64,000 nt of DNA from Eledone cirrhosa. Its lineage: Eukaryota. Below, in pieces: positions 1 through 13,021 of this stretch; within the stretch, counting starts at the first letter, position 1; every line of letters begins with the position of its first letter. The position numbers were made by a program, and so were the translations under genes. The notes beneath the pieces were generated by a model, which searched no databases, had not been told where the DNA came from, and worked only from the letters and a program-made list of their open reading frames with translations. The stretch is from positions 88,846,001-88,910,000 of the forward strand of contig OZ024743.1 in NCBI GenBank assembly GCA_964016885.1, in the 5' to 3' direction.

Positions 1-150
1 GTCTTCCTGGCTCTCCCCACTCCCAGGCTTTCAACGACTTTGAGCGCTCTGCACTTTTTTATGCAACTGTCATCCTTCATATGCAACACATGTCCATACC
101 AACGCAATCTCCTCTCCTGCACACAGCATTTGATTCCTCTTATGATTTGA
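1..150 (-). mobile_element. RTE-clade LINE fragment (C-terminal region), runs off window edge
   Basis: Minus strand reads IRGIKCCVQERRLRWYGHVLHMKDDSCIKKCRAL, matching the other RTE copies in the window. Confidence 0.85.
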
Positions 151-170
151 TTCCTCATATGATTCCTCTT

Positions 171-177
171 ATATATA

Positions 178-243
<66 letters not shown>
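171..243. repeat. (TA)n microsatellite, one of dozens in the window (e.g. 1724-1780, 2649-2897, 19511-19570, 26144-26227, 27750-27836, 55388-55507, 59661-59742)
   Basis: Direct observation. Confidence 0.95.
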
Positions 244-247
<4 letters not shown>

Positions 248-289
248 TTGTTGTTCCTATTTGCTGCTGTGCTGATAAGCGTTTTGGCA

Positions 290-410
290 TTGATACACTG
301 GTTGGATGCCCTTCCTAACACCAGCGCCACTTTACACCATGGACTAGGTGCTTTTATTTGTGCCACCAGCACTAGAGAGGATGTCTTACTAGGCTCAAGG
401 GCCCTCTCTA
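290..410 (-). mobile_element. Retroposon UTR module (ggtgttaggaagggcatccag motif); related copy at about 7820-7935
   Basis: Reverse complement of the motif found in the RTE family B and C 3' UTRs. Confidence 0.55.
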
Positions 411-473
411 CCCCTCCATTTTACACCATGGTCATAAAAAAAAAAAAAAAAAATTGATAGACACATTTTTCAA

Positions 474-1127
474 ATGCAGGAGGGTGCTATAGAAGTGGTG
501 GATAGCTTTCGGTACCTAGGAGATCAGATTAGCATGGGAGGAGGCTGTTCCGAGGCCATAGTATCTAGAATAAGGACGGGTTGGAAGAAGTTTAGGGAGC
601 TGCTTCCTCTGCTGATGAAGAAGGGTTTCTCCCTGCGTACGAAAGGCCGATTGTATGATGCCCGTGTGAGGAGCGCGATGCTGCATGGTAGTGAGACATG
701 GGCAGCAACTGCAGAGGATATGCGACGGTTGGAGAGAAATGAGGCAAGCATGCTCCGTTGGATGTGCAGTATAAATGTGCGTGAACGACCCAGCATGAAT
801 GTGTTGAGAGAGAAACTGTGTCTAGGAGGGATAGAATGTAGTGTACGGGAGAGGAGACTGAGGTGGTATGGACATGTGATGCACATGGAGGATGACCGAT
901 GGGTGAAGAAGTGCCAGGAAATGCCAGTTGAAGGAAGACGTGGTAGAGGTAGACCACGAAAAACATGGGCGGAGGTGGTGAGAACAGATCTCAGATCATT
1001 AAAGCTCACGGTGGAGATGACGAAGGACCGTGACGAGTGGAGAGATGCTGTGCTGAATAAGACCCGTCCCACCCTTGCGAGCAGGGAAGAGCGGACGTAA
1101 AATGATGATGATGATGATGATGATGAT
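474..1127 (+). mobile_element. 5'-truncated RTE LINE, family A; ORF 474-1100 encodes the post-RT C-terminal region; (ATG)n tail
   Basis: FRYLGD, LHGSETW, RLRWYGHV and GRGRPRKTW motifs; stop codon immediately before the (GAT)n tail. Confidence 0.92.
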
Positions 1128-1344
1128 ATATATATATATTTATAAACATATATATCACTAGATATACAAAATAAACATACTTATATATCATCATCATCAT
1201 CATTTAACGTCTATCTTCCAGGCTAGCATGGGTTAGACAGGTTTATATATATATAAACACCATGCACACTATACAACACCATACAAAAACAACACAGCAA
1301 CATTCAACACCATATAGTGCTAAGCCCTACCATACCCAATATAA

Positions 1345-1540
1345 TTATTGTGTACAGTGCTCAGGTGCACTACAACTCATCAAAGGTGCATGTATAGTAC
1401 ATAAAATAATGTACAAATGTCAGGAAAGTGAACAGTGCATGAGTCATGATACACACAGACACACACATGCACATGCGTGCGTGTGTATGGAGGGGGAATA
1501 TCAGGTATAGTGTTGCTGCATTTCGGGAAGCATGGAAGCT
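1345..1540 (-). mobile_element. LINE 3' end (tentatively CR1-like); second copy at 39400-39617
   Basis: Two diverged copies end in similar peptides (ASMLPEMQQHYT* and SFKMSMLPEIHQLYT*) followed by a shared UTR; clade assignment is from recall only. Confidence 0.5.
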
Positions 1541-1675
1541 CTATCATAGCTGCCATACAACACTATACACTGCTCCACCATACAACCTAACATTACCCAA
1601 TATACCACACTAACCAACAACTATATATAACATAATACGTATGTATATATATATAGTATATATATACATAACATG

Positions 1676-1782
<107 letters not shown>

Positions 1783-1942
1783 TAAGAATATTTTCGAAAC
1801 AGCGAGTTTGAAATTAGAAATATAAGCTATCGCCGTGTTTTGACTAAAAAAATGATTTAGCCTGATAGTGGGGTTAAGAACCCTCGGAGAAATGGAAAAA
1901 GATGAGTATTGACTCCCGTGTACATCAATACTCATCTTTTTC

Positions 1943-1991
1943 TGTGCTGAATAAGACCCGTCCCACCCTTGCAGGGAAGAGCGGACGTAAA

Positions 1992-2031
<40 letters not shown>
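1943..2031 (+). mobile_element. Extremely 5'-truncated RTE family A 3' end
   Basis: Near-identical to 1049-1127, with (GAT)n tail. Confidence 0.9.
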
Positions 2032-2032
<1 letters not shown>

Positions 2033-2491
2033 ATATATATAATATAAAACAAAAAAAACATAAAGACAAAGGTAGCAGAGTAGCCACTACACAACAACAA
2101 CAGTAACCTTAACTTTAGTAATATTTATTAAACAATGAGTAAAGAACAAATGATGAAACAAACTAATGTTGAAGGGAAACCATCGATGAATGTGAAACTG
2201 GCCAATTGTTTCATCTGAAATAGAAACCAGCCTGAAATATAGATTACGAAAGTTCTCCTCTTAACAATAACTCTCATTCACAGTGGCTAGTGGAGAACAA
2301 CAACAACAGCAACAAAGACACTCTAACCACTACATATTGATTTGTTTATTGCAGTGGTGATGGGAAGCTGGGTACAAAGTACTGAGATGAATATCAAAAT
2401 ACTGTATAGATTTGTTTTAATGAGTTGGCTGACATCATGCTTTCTGCATTGGATTATGTTGTGAGAGGAGGTGGGATATATCTGTGTGCGT

Positions 2492-2536
<45 letters not shown>

Positions 2537-2552
2537 CCCCCCCCCCTCTCTC

Positions 2553-2586
<34 letters not shown>

Positions 2587-2645
2587 AGTATGTATGTAAC
2601 TGCCGTACTAAGAGTGAGAAATGAAATTTCGTTTCATTCTATTCC

Positions 2646-2720
<75 letters not shown>

Positions 2721-2753
2721 TATATACATGTATATATATATATATATATATAC

Positions 2754-2798
<45 letters not shown>

Positions 2799-2831
2799 CA
2801 TGTATATATATATACATATATATATATATAT

Positions 2832-2896
<65 letters not shown>

Positions 2897-3249
2897 CATC
2901 ATCATCATCTTCGTTTAACGTCCATTTTCCACGCTAGCATAAGTTAGACATACATATATTTATATATATATACTTATATATATACATATATATATACATA
3001 TATATATATAAAGAGAGAAAGAGAGAGAGGAAGGGGGCTGGTGGTCGTGTGGAGTTGATATACACACACATACATATATATATGTATCATCGTTTAATGT
3101 CTATTTTCCATGCTAGCATATATATATATATGTATAAATGTGTGTGTGTGTGTATATATACCAGCCTCAGATGAGATTGAGAGGGAGACGGGGGGGGGGG
3201 GGACTAATGGCCATTGCCTTAGTATTTTGTAAAAAACTGGTTGTAGAGA

Positions 3250-4108
3250 GAATAAGGAAGTTCATTATACCACTATTAGCTGCTAAAGGTTTCTCTCTAA
3301 AAATGAAAGGCAGGCTGTATGATGCCTGCAATACGAACAGCAATGTTACATGGCAGTGAGACATGAGCATTGTGTGCAGAGGATATATGCAGACTGGAGA
3401 GGAACGAAGCTTGCATGCTCCGCTGGATGTGTAATAGTAATATACGTGAACGGCAAAGCATAAACGAACTAAGAGAGAAATTAGGAATAAGAGGGATCAG
3501 ATGTTGTTTACTCGAGAGAAGACTACGTTGGTATGGTCACGTGATGCGCATGAAAGACGACAGCTGTATAAAAAAGTGCAGGGCGATAAAAATAGACGGT
3601 AGCCATGGAGTAGGCAGACCCAGAAAAACCTGGGACGACTTGATAAATTCCGACCTCACACACTTAAACCTCTCCAAGACAATGTCACTGGACCGAGATC
3701 TTTGGCGCTACACAGTAATACAGAAGACCCGCCTTGCCTAAGTACAAAGCGAAACCTACAGTCAGTAGGCACTTCTTAACAAAAATACACCCCGTCCCAC
3801 TACCCCCACCCCATCCACATCACCCCTTTCGATGTAAAGTTATGTTGGTACCACAACATCCAGTCCGAAATAAATGAGGTCGTGTAGGTGTCACGACAAA
3901 AAAACACACAGTCCACGCTGTAATGTGGCCGTGTAGGTAACACGGTAAAAACCTCTCAGTCCACACTGTAAACGTGGTTGGTGTTAGGAAGGGCATCCAG
4001 CCGTAGAAAACCCGCTAGACAGTCCTATACGAGCAAGACAACCACTCTTGCCTCAAGTGGGATAATTCCCGTCCAAACCCATGCAAGCGTGGAAGATGGA
4101 TATTAAAC

Positions 4109-4141
<33 letters not shown>
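3250..4141 (+). mobile_element. 5'-truncated, frameshifted RTE LINE, family B, with about 370-bp 3' UTR and (GAT)n tail
   Basis: ORFs 3138-3359 (end) and 3370-3741 give KGFSLKMKGRLYDAC...RLRWYGHV...GRPRKTW. Confidence 0.9.
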
Positions 4142-4142
<1 letters not shown>

Positions 4143-4159
4143 AGATAATGGAATTCTGG

Positions 4160-4700
4160 GTCAGTCAGTGAGTACTGGGTAGCATTAGGGGTGGTGTTGT
4201 ATCACTGTTGGTCAGTATGTATTTGGGGTGGTATTGGTCAGCAGTCAATGTGTATCAGAGTGGTGTTGGGTCACTTTTGGTCAGTGTGTATTAGGGTTGG
4301 TATTGTGTCACTGTTGGTCAGTCAGTATGTATCAGGAGAGGTGTTGGCGACTGTTGGTCAGTCAATGTGTATCATGGGTGGTGTTGGTCACTATTGGTCA
4401 GTCTGTATGTATTAGGGAAGGTGTTAGTGACTGTTGGTCAGTCAGTGTGTATCATGGGTGGTATTGGTCACTATTGATCAGTCTGTATGTATTAGGGAAG
4501 GTGTTGGTCAGTCAGTGTGTATCAGGGGGGGGGGGGGGGTGTTGGTCACTGTTGGTCAGTCAGTGTGTATCAGGGGTGGTGTTGTGTCATTATTGGTCAG
4601 TCTCTATGTATCATGGGTGGTGTTGTGTCACTGTTGGTCAGTGTGTATGTATTAGAGAAGGTGTTGGTCAGTGTGTATCTGAGGTGGTATTAGGTATATA
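4160..4700. repeat. Degenerate minisatellite, unit about 37-41 bp (gtggtgttgtgtcactgttggtcagtcagtgtgtatcagg)
   Basis: Direct observation; related to the 9900-11790 array. Confidence 0.85.
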
Positions 4701-4809
4701 AAGCTGGTGCTTATCCCAGTTTCTGTGGTATTAAGCAACTGAGAGTACACAACTCCTCCTGGACAGGACGCCAGACCTTCACAAGTTTAAACCTCCAGCT
4801 ACAGCTGAG

Positions 4810-5545
4810 TGTTGTGTTGGACCTCTCTCCATTCCAGCGATGCTGCTAATTAGGTCAATTAGATAGCAGAAGCTATTAATCATGTCTATGGATCCTTCCT
4901 GTGACTGGAAAAGGTTTATATTTTATAACGGAATACTCCTATGGTTTACTGGCGAAGATTCGAAACTGAATCTGAGGTTTCTCGCCTCTGGGACCACCCA
5001 TTATTGGAAGGTTTCCACCATTGTTCTGTCAAGACAATGATGATAAACATACATACCACTTTACCTGTGACCCCAGTTTCCTGGGAGACGATATCCACAT
5101 GGCTGATCATAAATCAACCTCATATACACATCCTTCTAACTATAGCATTATTATAAATACAAAGACTTTGGGAACCCAGTACACAGACCCAAAGCAGCAG
5201 TCAGTGAGAGATAATGATGTAGGCATCAGCAGACCTTTTACCCTTTCTCTCTCCTGGCCTCACAGACGCCACAGACGCCAGCCAGCACACAGACCGAAGC
5301 AACCAGCAGTCATTGAGACGAATAATGTATACTAAGAATACACACACACACACTCAGGTTTGATTATACTGTTTACTGCTGTGTTTTAACTATTCTTGCG
5401 TCTTCCTGTTGAATCACTTATATTGTATCGTCATATATATACATGCATGCATGCATGCTAGCTCGAAGTAGCTAGCCAGCAAATTAATGTAGGGATAAAT
5501 TCTGTCACATATTGTTATTGTAAAATAAACATTGTCAACATCACA
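4810..5545 (+). mobile_element. Possible solo LTR
   Basis: TG...CA ends with imperfect short inverted termini (tgttgtgttggac / gtcaacatcaca), internal TATAAATA and AATAAA near the end; no target-site duplication (TSD) found. Confidence 0.28.
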
Positions 5546-5679
5546 ATCATGGCATTATTCTTTTCATCAAACATCCATCAAAGAATAACATTTATCTGCT
5601 ACAAATGGTGTCTGCCGACGTGATGCGAACTCACAGCCTTCTCAACACATTTATCCGCTACAATATTAGCACTCTTCCT

Positions 5680-7620
5680 CTTGATTACTCCTGTGCATCT
5701 TCTACATGCAAAGTTCTCTCTTCCTGTTCATCTACTTGTTATCCCACTAAATCTTTTGTGTATCCAAACTTTATGCCTATTCCCTTTCTTCATATTGAGC
5801 ATGGCCACTTTGCTGAGAAAATCTGGTTCCTTTCTTCTCTCCTACTCACTAGCACTTTAGTTTTGGCTAAGTTTATTCTCAGACCTTTTGATTCCAAATT
5901 CAGTTTCCATAATTGGAATTTATTTTCTAATTCCTTTTGGGTTTCAGCTATAAGACCAAATCATCTGCATAGAGAAGTTCCCATGGGCAGCCCATTTTAA
6001 ACTCCTCTGTTATGACCTGAAGAACTATGAAGAACAGCAGTGGGCTAAAAACTGAATCTTGATGAACTCTACTTGAATTCCTCACTAAACTCATTTCCTA
6101 CTCTCACTTTATAGATAGTTCCTCTGTACATAGCTTACACTGCTCTCACAAGCCATTTTCTACACCTAATTTCCTTAAGGACCACCAGATAATAGATTGA
6201 GGTACTCTGTCAAAGGCATTCTCTAGATCAACAAAAGCTAAATATAGTGGCTTATTCTTGACTAGGAACTTCTCTTGTAGTTGCCTCACCAATAAGAGGG
6301 CATCTGTAGTACTTTTCTCAGGCATGAAACCAAACTGCATCTCATCTATTTTGACTCTTTCCCTTTTGGGCATCAGTGGTGCTAAGTGCACCAGCATCAT
6401 TTCTAACACATTTTCCCCCAACAACATCTTGATTCACACTAATACACTGCCTTGCAATACAGAACACTTCACATCTCTGATCCTCCCATCTCAAGACTGG
6501 CAAGTTAACTTTCTTAATCCTCTCTCCAAGCTGTGTATACTTGTCTCCTAGCTTCTTTTTTAGCTACTTGGTACCAGTCTCTGCTACCTCCATTTTTCCA
6601 GTCTTTCCATGTTTAAATCTACTATGCTGTTCCACTACTAGGTCACCCTCTATCTGGCTGGTGCTTTATTCCAGCTGCAAGTCTTGCCAGTAGTTCACAA
6701 AAGGTTGTCTTGTAAGAATTTCTAGTTGCCCTCTACGTTATATGTATCTATCTCGTCATTCCTCTCAAGTGCATCCTGTACGGCCTTTCTAAACCTATAT
6801 TTAACCAAGAGGTCCTTTAGCTTCCACACCCTCCGTCTCCATATTTTCCTGCATGTCTTGTTCTGTCTTGTTTATTTTGATGTCACTAATAACTAACTTG
6901 TGCTGGGCAGTGCATTCTTCCCCAGGGAAGGCCTGAGTATTTATTACAGTCTGTTTGTCTTGTTATCTAACAAGTAAGTAATTAATTTGGCTTGTGTGTT
7001 CACCAGATTGATATGACATCAGGTGGCTGGCAAGTTTCCTTAAATTTATGTTGCAGATGGTTATTTCATTTGCATCACAGAATTCCAGGAGTCTCAGCCC
7101 CTCTTCAATTCTTGAACCATAACCATAGCAACCATGAACTCTGTTGAATCCATCCTGGTATTGTCCCACATGTCGATTGAAGTCTCCTGCTAGGATGATG
7201 AAGTGTCTTTTGTCAATATCTGTTGTCTCTAAAAGTTCTTCATAGAACCTGTCCTTTTGTTCTTTACCCAGTCCTGCCTGCAGAGCATAGATAGATGTGA
7301 ATATCACCAGTCTATTTCATACAGTTAATTTTATCTTGATGATTCTGTTACTTACTCTACCTCTATCACCTTATCTATCCATTTCTCAGTTAGTAAGATG
7401 CCTACACCTCCTACCCCAATCATTATTTCCTACCTAGTAGAGTTTATATCTAAGTTGCTTGCCATGATTAATCTTGCTGAGGCACCCCTCCATCTCACTT
7501 CTTGTACACAGCATACATCTACTCCTCTCCTCTCTAACAGTTCCACAATTTCACATGGTTTGCCTTTCAGGGTACCAACATTGAGGGTGGCAGTCCTGAA
7601 ATTTGTACCTTGATAGTTGT
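5680..7620 (-). pseudogene. Degenerate RTE LINE ORF (AP endonuclease plus RT) with stops, frameshifts and deletions
   Basis: TLNVGTLKGK..VDVCCVQEVRW (APE N-terminus), ILAGDFN, QFGFMPEKSTTDA..AFVDLENAFDRVP (RT). Confidence 0.88.
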
Positions 7621-7960
7621 TGTTACTTCTTTGACTAGAAGTTCTATGTATCTGAAAGGGAAAGTGGTTATATGATTGCTTGATGACAATTGAGGGGTTC
7701 TCCCACATGGCTACTCTAGCCACCACACTGCCATGTACAGCACTAACATGGCTAGTGTTAACCCTGTGTTCACAACTAGTGGAAATCATATTGGTTGTGC
7801 TTTTTATAATTTTGGCTGAGTTTTATTGGCTGTATGCCCTTCCTATCATCAACCACTTTATAGTGTGGACTGGGCACATTGTTCGAGCCACCAGCACTAG
7901 AGAGCTTGTCTTATTAAACTTAAGAGTTTTCTCCACTCTGTATCAGTTTTTATTTGGACA

Positions 7961-8180
7961 GAGCTCACGTCTGCATAAGCTTATCATAATACTCAGGGTG
8001 ATTCAGTATGACACATTGTGTGACTAGGCTGGTCCTTTAAATTACAAGTACAATTAATTTTTGCTAGCTGAGTGGACTGGAGCAACATAAAATAAAGTGC
8101 TTTGCTCAAGGACACAATACAATGTTTATAAATCAAACTCATGACCTTACCAAACATTCTAACCACTAAGCCATACATCT
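7961..8180 (-). mobile_element. tRNA-derived CORE-like SINE
   Basis: Minus strand: tggcttagtggttag head, then gtccttgagcaaagcacttt...ccagtccactcagct core-like domain. Confidence 0.7.
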
Positions 8181-8214
8181 TCTCTAATGACACACACCAC
8201 TTACATATATGTAT

Positions 8215-8348
8215 GTATGGTCACGTAACTCCTGTTGGAGTTTGTGGGGGATCGTAGTGGCATACAGCATTTCTTGGGTACTTTTAAGTGTGGTGGAGCC
8301 CATCCCTCTCCAGGTCTGAATACAGTAGATTTTTTCCAGAGAAGGATT

Positions 8349-8432
<84 letters not shown>

Positions 8433-8598
8433 CGACTCCAGTACTAGACTGGTACTTTTTTTATTGACCTTGAAAGGATGAAAGGCAAATTGGACCTGAC
8501 CTTGGTGGGAGTTGAACACAGAGAGAAGAGAGCCAGAATAAATAGCCACAAAGCATTCTGTCCGATGTTCTAACGACTCTGCCAATTAGCCGCCGCCT
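8215..8598 (-). mobile_element. tRNA-derived Nin/Deu-like SINE with long tail and internal (GA)n; related plus-strand copy at 41425-41700
   Basis: A-box tggcagagtcgttag, gcctttcatcc domain, tail shared with 41575-41700. Confidence 0.7.
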
Positions 8599-8779
8599 AC
8601 ATATATACAAACCTATCAGAAGATGGCATCGTCCTACATCTTTTATTACCTAGCAACAGAAATATATGTCTTAAGTTGCAGTGTTGTTGTTATATTACTG
8701 TTACTTAGCAACAGATGGACATAGAGAAATAGATAGTCACACAGATGGACTTCAGTGATATGATGTAATATCTACATGT

Positions 8780-9015
8780 ATGTTGTGATGGTGGTGGTGG
8801 TGATGGTGGTGATGGTAATGATGGTGATAGTGGTGGTGATGGTGATGATGATGGTGGTGGTGGTGGTGATGGTGATGGTAATGATGACGGTGATGGAGAG
8901 AATGGTGATGGAGAGAATGGAGAATAGTGATAGTGATGGTGGTAGTGATCATGATGGTGGTGTTGGAGGTGATAATGATAATGGAGATGGTAGTTGTGGT
9001 AGATGGCGAAGATAG

Positions 9016-9065
<50 letters not shown>

Positions 9066-9100
9066 GTGCTGATGTTGATAATGATGATGATGAGGAGGAT
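8780..9100. repeat. (GGT/GAT)n compound microsatellite
   Basis: Direct observation. Confidence 0.9.
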
Positions 9101-9289
9101 ATAATCTCATACCAACTGCAGTATGTGTCTCTACCCCTAACCCATTATCCTCTTGCTCCATACCCCCTCCCTTTCACCCCATACACCCCCCCTTTTGCCC
9201 CATACACCTTCCCAAATTTAAAGGTTTCATAATGTGTTAGAAACATGTATTGTTGTTGTTATTGTTCTTGTGGCTGCAGCATGACCATA

Positions 9290-9415
9290 TAGTTAAGAAA
9301 CTCACTTCACAATCATTTGCATGATATCGTGGGCTCGTGTCATTTACCATAGTCTCAGGTTTACCCAAGCCTTCTGATCGAATTTGGGTAGACAGAAACT
9401 GTTTGGAAGCCCGAT
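9290..9415 (+). mobile_element. Degenerate SINE; same family on the minus strand at 19337-19500
   Basis: Shared ...atttgg(g)tagacagaaactg..gaagccc end between the two copies. Confidence 0.5.
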
Positions 9416-9899
9416 GGATGAAATGTACCTGTAATTCATTCAATTCTGTCTATTTGTGATCTCTGTGTTCTGAGTTTAAATCTTGCCATGGGATTGATAA
9501 AATAAGTACCAGTCAACTATTGAGGTTGATTAAATTCATTGCTTCCCACCAATAATCTGTGAAGTGTTATCTCAATCTTATACAATTGATAACCATTGGT
9601 GACTTTGATCAGGTTTAAATTTTATGTAATTTCCAGTTTTCATACACTTTTTTTTTCTTTTTTTTTATTAGTTTGTTCTGGAGGAAGGGGTTTTGCCTGT
9701 CCAGGGTCTTTGCAGGTCCTCATTGGTAAAGGTATGAAGATTACAACATCCCATCTCTGTCTATCTTCCCTTTATAACTATGGAGCTTTAGCCCTCCTCT
9801 TCCCCTCAACCCTATGCCACTGGTCTGATTATTTGACAGAGTTTCCCCACCGGGCACCCTCATATAAGTGTTTCTTATACCTGTAACCTTTACAATATT

Positions 9900-11790
9900 A
9901 GGGGTGGAGTCTTCTCATTGTTGGTCAGTCAGTGTTAAAGGGTAGTATAGTTCAATCAATATGTATTAAGGGTGGTGTTGTGTCATTTGGGGTGGAGTTT
10001 TGTCATTGTTGGTCAGTATGTATTAGGGGTGGTGTGGTGTCACTATTGGTCAGTATGTATTAGGGGTGGAATCTTGTCATTGTTGATCAGTGTGCATTAA
10101 GGGGTGATATTGGCCAGTCAGTTCATCAGGGTGGTGTTGTGTCATTGTTGGTCAGTATATATTAATGGTGGTGTTGTATCATTGTTGGTCAGTATATATT
10201 AGGGGTGGTGTTGTGTCATTGTTGGTCAGTATATATTAATGGTGGTGTTGTGTCATTGTTGGTCAGTATATATTAATGGTGGTGTTGTGTCATTGTTGGT
10301 CAGTATATATTAGGGGTGGTGTTGTGTCATTGTTGGTCAGTATATATTAATGGTAGTATTGTATCATTGTTGGTCAGTATATATTAATGGTGGTGTTGTG
10401 TCATTGTTGGTCGGTATATATTAATGGTGGTGTTGTATCATTGTTGGTCAGTATATATTAGGGGTGGTGTTGTGTCATTGTTGGTCAGTATATATTAATG
10501 GTGGTGTTGTGTCATTGTCGGTCAGTATATATTAATGGTGGTGTTGTGTCATTGTTGGTCAGTATATATTAATGGTGGTGTTGTGTCATTGTCGGTCAGT
10601 ATATATTAATGGTGGTGTTGTGTCATTGTTGGTCAGTATATATTAATGGTGGTGTTGTGTCATTGTTGGTCAGTATATATTAATGGTGGTGTTGTGTCAT
10701 TGTTGGTCAGTATATATTAATGGTGGTGTTGTGTTATTGTCGGTCAGTATATATTAGGGGTGGTGTTGTGTCATTGTTGGTCAGTATTTATTAATGGTGG
10801 TGTTGTGTCATTGTTGGTCAGTATATATTAATGGTGGTGTTGTGTCATTGTTGGTCAGTATATATTAATGGTGGTGTTGTGTCATTGTTGGTCAGTATAT
10901 ATTAATGGTGGTGTTGTGTCATTGTTGGTCAGTATATATTAATGGTAGTGTTGTGTCATTGTTGGTCAGTATATATTAGGGGTGGTGTTATATCATTGTC
11001 GGTCAGTATATATTAATGGTGGTGTTGTGTCATTGTCGGTCAGTATATATTAGGGGTGGTGTTGTGTCATTGTTGGTCAGTATATATTAGGGGTGGTGTT
11101 GTGTCATTGTTGGTCAGTATATATTAATGGTGGTGTTGTGTCATTGTTGGTCAGTATATATTAGGGGTGGTGTTGTGTCATTGTTGGTCAGTATATATTA
11201 ATGGTGGTGTTGTATCATTGTTGGTCAGTATATATTAATGGTGGTGTTGTGTCATTGTTGGTCAGTATATATTAGGGATGGTGTTGTGTCATTGTTGGTC
11301 AGTATATATTAATGGTGGTGTTGTGTCATTGTTGGTCAGTATATATTAATGGTGGTGTTGTGTCATTGTTGGTCAGTATATATTAGGGGTGGTGTTGTAT
11401 CATTGTTGGTCAGTATATATTAGGGGTGGTGTTGTATCATTGTTGGTCAGTATATATTAGGGGTGGTGTTGTGTCATTGTTGGTCAGTATATATTAGGGG
11501 TGGTGTTGTGTCATTGTTGGTCAGTATATATTAATGGTGGTATTGTGTCATTGTTGGTCAGTATATATTAATGGTGGTGTTGTGTCATTGTTGGTCAGTA
11601 TATATTAGGGGTGGTGTTGTGTCATTGTTGGTCAGTATATATTAGGGGTGGTGTTGTGTCATTGTTGGTCAGTATATATTAGGGGTGGTGTTGTGTCATT
11701 GTTGGTCAGTATATATTAGGGGTGGTGTTGTGTCATTGTTGGTCAGTATATATTAGGGGTGGTGTTGTGTCATTGTCGGTCAGTGTTTGT
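9900..11790. repeat. 37-bp minisatellite (ggtggtgttgtgtcattgttggtcagtatatatta[at/gg]), about 50 units
   Basis: Period of 37 measured between 10131 and 10168. Confidence 0.97.
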
Positions 11791-11936
11791 TACCCCTGTA
11801 ACCCTCAGTCTATTCAATATTTATATTTCCAAGTTAACAGTCACTCCTCAAAACACAGTCTATGTAATTTACGACTCCTCACAGTTACAACTATTTATAC
11901 CTCGGAGTGCACATGGCATGTATGTGTTTCCTATAG

Positions 11937-12150
11937 ACGTCAAATATACTTGAGCAATTCAATGAGACCTCAGGCATCCTTGGACCCCAAACACCTGACC
12001 TCCTCTGGAAAACAGGATTGATAGCAGCTCGTCTGAGGAAGGGGCTCTGCGAGGTGGGAAGGCTATTGCAGTGGGTGTCACTGGCCATTGTCCATGGAAA
12101 TGACTTTGCCATTTAGTCAGCAGGGCGCAGCTTAGACCTAGGTGTAGAAT
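11937..12150 (+). pseudogene. Degenerate C-terminal restriction-like endonuclease region of a CRE-type non-LTR retrotransposon
   Basis: Manual translation ETSGILGPQTPDLL...RLLQWVSLAIVHGNDFAI* resembles the CRE C-terminal pattern ET.G..G......L...L.Q..SLAI.RGNA. Confidence 0.5.
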
Positions 12151-12741
12151 CCATCACACTCTCCCCTTCCCCCTTTCTTTCTTCCTTTGTGTAGTAGCCA
12201 TTGCTCTTCTCCTCCTTTTCCTCTCATTTATGGCATTTATAGTCCTTTCCATCACTGCTTTCTATTTCTGTATGTTTGACCAATTTATAATTTATATTGA
12301 AATATTCTTCAAATATTCCTAATCTAAAAAACGTTTTTTTGCACCAACTTTTCATTGTGCAGTTATGGTACAACATATTTGAAATTATTGAATATCGATC
12401 TAAATTATTGTTATACATCCTGATATATATATAGTAAAGAGAAATGTTGATAGTTATCATAGTCGGTCCGTATATCTTAATTTCTCTTTTTAATTGAGTT
12501 CTGTGAACCGTACTATCTTTAGTTAATATATTCTTCACCTTGGCAGTTCTGTATCTCTTATGATTTGAACACACACACACACACACATACACACACACAC
12601 ATATATATATATATGTATGTGTGTGTGTTCTCTCTTTACTGTGTTATAAAGAGGTCGGAATTTTTTCCTTGAGCTTATTTGATTATAAGGGAATATTGTG
12701 AGTTTTTAACTCAACATGTTAATTTTTATATATATCATCAT

Positions 12742-12792
<51 letters not shown>

Positions 12793-12794
<2 letters not shown>

Positions 12795-12926
12795 TTTGTC
12801 GAATATAACCCCAAACTGCTAGGCGATGCAGTCAGGTTTTTACCTTCCTCTATACCCACTTTGCTTCTTCCCATGCATAGAGTACTCCCATGATTTGTGA
12901 TCTCCCTGGTCTCAACAGTGCAGACT
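12793..12926 (+). mobile_element. Short repeat in (TA)n, probable PLE terminal fragment; copies at 24391-24470 and 26228-26270
   Basis: Three related copies; the 24391 copy starts with a ggctt..aagcc hairpin followed by GAAAC. Confidence 0.5.
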
Positions 12927-12934
12927 ATATATAT

Positions 12935-13013
12935 ATTACCCACTCTACTACCCTAAGTATCAAGTACTCTGGTGCATTATGGTCCACCTGGTATCTTCCC
13001 ACACCTTCTTTGT
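12935..13013 (+). mobile_element. PLE family alpha 3' tail fragment
   Basis: Matches 23262-23345 (-), 38058-38140 (-) and 56380-56460 (+). Confidence 0.7.
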
Positions 13014-13021
13014 TATATATA

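Noticed and set aside
2110-2465. Possible exons on either strand in a non-repetitive island
   Set aside because: Frames are short or stop-interrupted with no recognisable product
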